Shown here: positions 42,548-44,468 of the stretch, piece by piece
Layout of the letters: every line of letters starts with the position of its first letter
Position numbering within the stretch: the first letter of the stretch is position 1
Origin: a virus
IMG/VR virus record: IMGVR_UViG_3300008055_000147
DNA: 44,468 bases
Reading direction: 5' to 3' (one strand)
Translations under genes and position numbers: made by a program
Notes under the pieces: generated by a model
Seen by the model: the letters and a program-made list of their open reading frames with translations, nothing else
The model's database searches: none
What the model was told of the DNA's origin: nothing

Positions 42548-42885
42548 TGGTCGTGGGTGGTGAGTTCAAGGGCCTGGAGGACCGTCTGCATAACGGCCTT
42601 GCCCTTGGCGTTCAAGCGGACGCGATGGCGCCTGCCTTCGTTTGGATCGCGGAAAATCTCGATCAGGTTGAGGGTCGACGCTCTCCGGTTGGAGGTATCG
42701 CTCAAGGCGCCGCAGATCCGGGAGACTGAGGCATTGCTGAGGTTGAACTCGGCCTCGATCTCCGCATAGGTGCAAGCACCCTTTTGGGCGATAAAGACCA
42801 GTGCCTGAGCGTGGTGGAGCGGAAGAGCTGAAGGGTCCAGCAAGTTGAAAATTGCCAGAGCCCTGGCCAGTCGATGTAAAGCCAT
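42502..42885 (-). CDS. MarR-like winged-helix regulator
   Basis: ATG at 42885. LHHAQALVFIAQKGACTYAEIEAEFNLSNASVSRICGALSD...RRHRVRLNAKGKAV is a MarR-type wHTH. Overlaps the integrase start by 46 nt. Confidence 0.65.
   Translation of the reverse strand: MALHRLARALAIFNLLDPSALPLHHAQALVFIAQKGACTYAEIEAEFNLSNASVSRICGALSDTSNRRASTLNLIEIFRDPNEGRRHRVRLNAKGKAVMQTVLQALELTTHDQWTQQAQSPGELLAG
42549..42558 (-). promoter_or_regulatory. ACCCACGACC box, 1 nt before the integrase ATG
   Basis: Minus sense: GAACTCACCACCCACGACCA-ATG. Lies inside the MarR-like coding sequence. Confidence 0.5.
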
Positions 42886-43068
42886 GGTGTAGCAGGCGGG
42901 ACTCCTGCAGGACTGGAGATGAACTCTGGCACAAGAGTCGTACTTCCTGTCGCCCCCGAGGCGTAAATGGCGCACAGTGCGGCATGGCGAGGACGCCCAC
43001 CAATACTGAGTTCTATGGACACCAAGAGGGTTTGATTTCGCAAAAGAGTCGTAGTGATTTTGCGTACA

Positions 43069-43084
43069 CTACACCCCTGAAGTA
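43069..43084 (+). promoter_or_regulatory. phage-RNAP-type promoter-like motif (CTACACCCCTGAAGTA), antisense
   Basis: Plus-strand copy at the 3' end of the minus-strand wHTH gene, pointing into it. Confidence 0.35.
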
Positions 43085-43413
43085 ATCAGCACTCCTGCTG
43101 CGCTCAGCATTTCTCGGCACTGGCTGGTCAGCTGGAAGTAGTAAGCCCGCCCTACCCGTCGGCGCTGCACTAGGTACAGCTCTGGCTTTTTTACCGTCCG
43201 GGTTTTCTTGTCCCACCAGACCAAGAACTGCCTAGCCCCTCGGCTAATTTGGCCATCGCTGGCCTTGGTGTAGGTCATCAGCTGAGCCGTTGACAGGCGG
43301 CCATGGGCGGCCAGCAGCAGGATTATTTCCACCGACACCAGGCCGATATTGGTGCGGGGTCCGGTGTTTATGCGAAGTGTGCACAAAAAGGCGCTGCAAT
43401 GCGCGGCGTTCAT
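43069..43413 (-). CDS. winged-helix DNA-binding protein (114 aa)
   Basis: ATG at 43413, preceded by ACCCACGACC (43431-43440). VEIILLLAAHGRLSTAQLMTYTKASDGQISRGARQF...RVGRAYYFQLT is wHTH-like. Confidence 0.55.
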   Translation of the reverse strand: MNAAHCSAFLCTLRINTGPRTNIGLVSVEIILLLAAHGRLSTAQLMTYTKASDGQISRGARQFLVWWDKKTRTVKKPELYLVQRRRVGRAYYFQLTSQCREMLSAAGVLITSGV

Positions 43414-43430
43414 CGGCTTCACTGGTTTGA

Positions 43431-43440
43431 GGTCGTGGGT
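43431..43440 (-). promoter_or_regulatory. ACCCACGACC box
   Basis: Exact 10-mer, 17 nt before the ATG at 43413. Confidence 0.5.
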
Positions 43441-43503
43441 AGGGGCAGCCCCTCCCGGCATCTTAAAGAGACATCTACACGGGTGCAAGGTTGGGTTAGG
43501 CGT

Positions 43504-44238
43504 TCAGTCCACCAGCACTGCCCAGCCGTCGCTGTTGCTTGCCACAGTCCAGCGGGAATCGAACAGCCTGAAGCTGTAGTGCAGGCTGGCGCCGTTGGCG
43601 TTGAGGTAGGTGCCGCTGGCGTGGTCGATTTCCCCCCATGGGTCATGCACTACAAACCCTGTCGCGTCGTCATACCCAATGACGCAGATCCAGTGGCCCC
43701 CACCTGATGGGCTGGACGGGCTGCCGTGGTGCAGGATGCCGCATGGCACGGGGATTCCTCGGTCGATCTGCCTTTTGATGGTCTCGTTGGTGCCCTGCTG
43801 GGTGAACCGGGCGTTGATTCCTAGCGACCTGAGGCAGGCCACCTGGGCCGCCCCATCGGTTGAGTCCCCGAACTTCTGGCGTCTCTGGATGTAGGCGTCG
43901 TCGTTCGCCACGCTGCCAGGCTTGACGAACATGGCGAGCATCGCGCAGCTGCTGCTGAAGCAGGTCCGGCTGGCGTTATCCGCTCCGCTGGTTACGTTGT
44001 CACGCTGGCTCTGATACTTCACGGCCAGCACCTTCCCTCCGGTGGCTGGCGTGGCGCTCTGCTGCGGCTTGCGGAAGTTGGCAGCCCAGCTGGCCCCCTC
44101 GGTCAGCAGGCACGGGTCAGCCTGGATGATGGCCTGGCGTAGCTCCTCGATGCCAGCCAACTGCTGCGGCTCGCCCTTGTAGGCCGCCCAGAACTGTTGC
44201 CACCTTGCAGGGGTGAGCTGCACTTGATCTATGGCCAC
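43504..44238 (-). CDS. papain-fold cysteine peptidase (peptidase C39-like domain)
   Basis: LAVKYQSQRDN...RTCFSSSCAMLAMF (catalytic Cys context) and GGGHWICVIGYDDATGFVVHDPWGE (His context) follow the C39-like pattern. GTG start. Confidence 0.65.
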   Translation of the reverse strand: MAIDQVQLTPARWQQFWAAYKGEPQQLAGIEELRQAIIQADPCLLTEGASWAANFRKPQQSATPATGGKVLAVKYQSQRDNVTSGADNASRTCFSSSCAMLAMFVKPGSVANDDAYIQRRQKFGDSTDGAAQVACLRSLGINARFTQQGTNETIKRQIDRGIPVPCGILHHGSPSSPSGGGHWICVIGYDDATGFVVHDPWGEIDHASGTYLNANGASLHYSFRLFDSRWTVASNSDGWAVLVD

Positions 44239-44299
44239 GGGGAAAGGCGCTGCTGCCTGAATTATTGCCGGCTTTTCCTTCTCTCCATGGTTGTTTAGT

Positions 44300-44337
44300 A
44301 AACCCAGCAGGGAACCCCTCAGGGCTCCGGGATGGGA
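44300..44337 (-). repeat. structured intergenic element, partial copy E5 (hairpin A only)
   Basis: Minus sense: TGA-TCCCATCCC-GGAGCCC-TGAG-GGGTTCC-CTGCTGGGTTT. Lacks hairpin B and the box. Confidence 0.6.
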
Positions 44338-44468
44338 TCACTGGAACTCGTCTGGGCTCCCTTTTGCCTCCTCCTGCATCCTCTTCTCGTAGGCAAGCCA
44401 AGCCTTGATGCGCTCGGCCCGCTTGCTTACCGGTATCTCGGGCCCGTTGAAAAAGAGCTTGCTGTAGC
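44338..44468 (-). CDS. small membrane protein, 3' part (continuation of the 1..199 ORF)
   Basis: C-terminal ...KRMQEEAKGSPDEFQ, with the stop TGA at 44340..44338. Bases 44370-44468 duplicate 1-99. Confidence 0.55.
   Translation of the reverse strand, partial: YSKLFFNGPEIPVSKRAERIKAWLAYEKRMQEEAKGSPDEFQ
44370..44468. repeat. 99-bp exact terminal duplication (copy 2)
   Basis: Identical to bases 1-99. Confidence 0.95.

Noticed and set aside
1-44468. CRISPR arrays, tRNA or rRNA genes, reverse transcriptase (DGR or retron), transposases and toxin-antitoxin pairs
   Set aside because: Reading both strands, I found no spaced direct-repeat array, no cloverleaf-compatible sequence and no ORF with the corresponding motifs. 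A tRNAscan, Infernal and HMM pass would be needed to exclude them formally.

Overview
The window is one complete, circularly closed genome of about 44.37 kb. Bases 1-99 are repeated exactly at 44370-44468. It is a T7-like podovirus with a temperate module.

Layout:
- The plus-strand block (3088-34286) carries packaging and virion genes: TerL, three gp6.7/7.3-like small virion proteins, portal, scaffold, T7 gp10-like capsid, tail tubular A and B, gp13/14/15/16-like core proteins, a gp17-like fibre with a beta-helix domain, and LamG and glycine-rich fibre-associated proteins.
- The minus-strand block runs leftward from 2515, through the window ends, down to 34295. In transcription order it carries an anti-restriction leader (acidic protein, ArdA), a C39-like peptidase, two wHTH regulators, a tyrosine integrase, a single-subunit T7-type RNA polymerase, a gp2.5-like SSB, RusA, a zinc ribbon, a gp4-like primase-helicase and a gp6-like exonuclease.

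Most notable observations:
- An extra 1855-aa polyvalent virion protein with ParB-like, ADP-ribosyltransferase-like and HExxH metallopeptidase-like regions.
- No DNA polymerase gene in an otherwise T7-type replisome.
- A phage-promoter-like motif oriented with late genes, of which three copies lie antisense in the early/lysogeny block and bracket the RNAP gene.
- A strand-specific 10-mer, ACCCACGACC, just upstream of early start codons.
- Structured intergenic repeats with compensatory stem changes.
- A TGCAA array plus a terminator in front of the RNAP gene.
- A 0.5-kb GC-rich divergent intergenic region with C/G-tract arrays.

I saw no tRNA, rRNA or CRISPR array by eye. The host cannot be established from sequence alone. 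All functional calls come from reading the translations and from synteny, not from searches.
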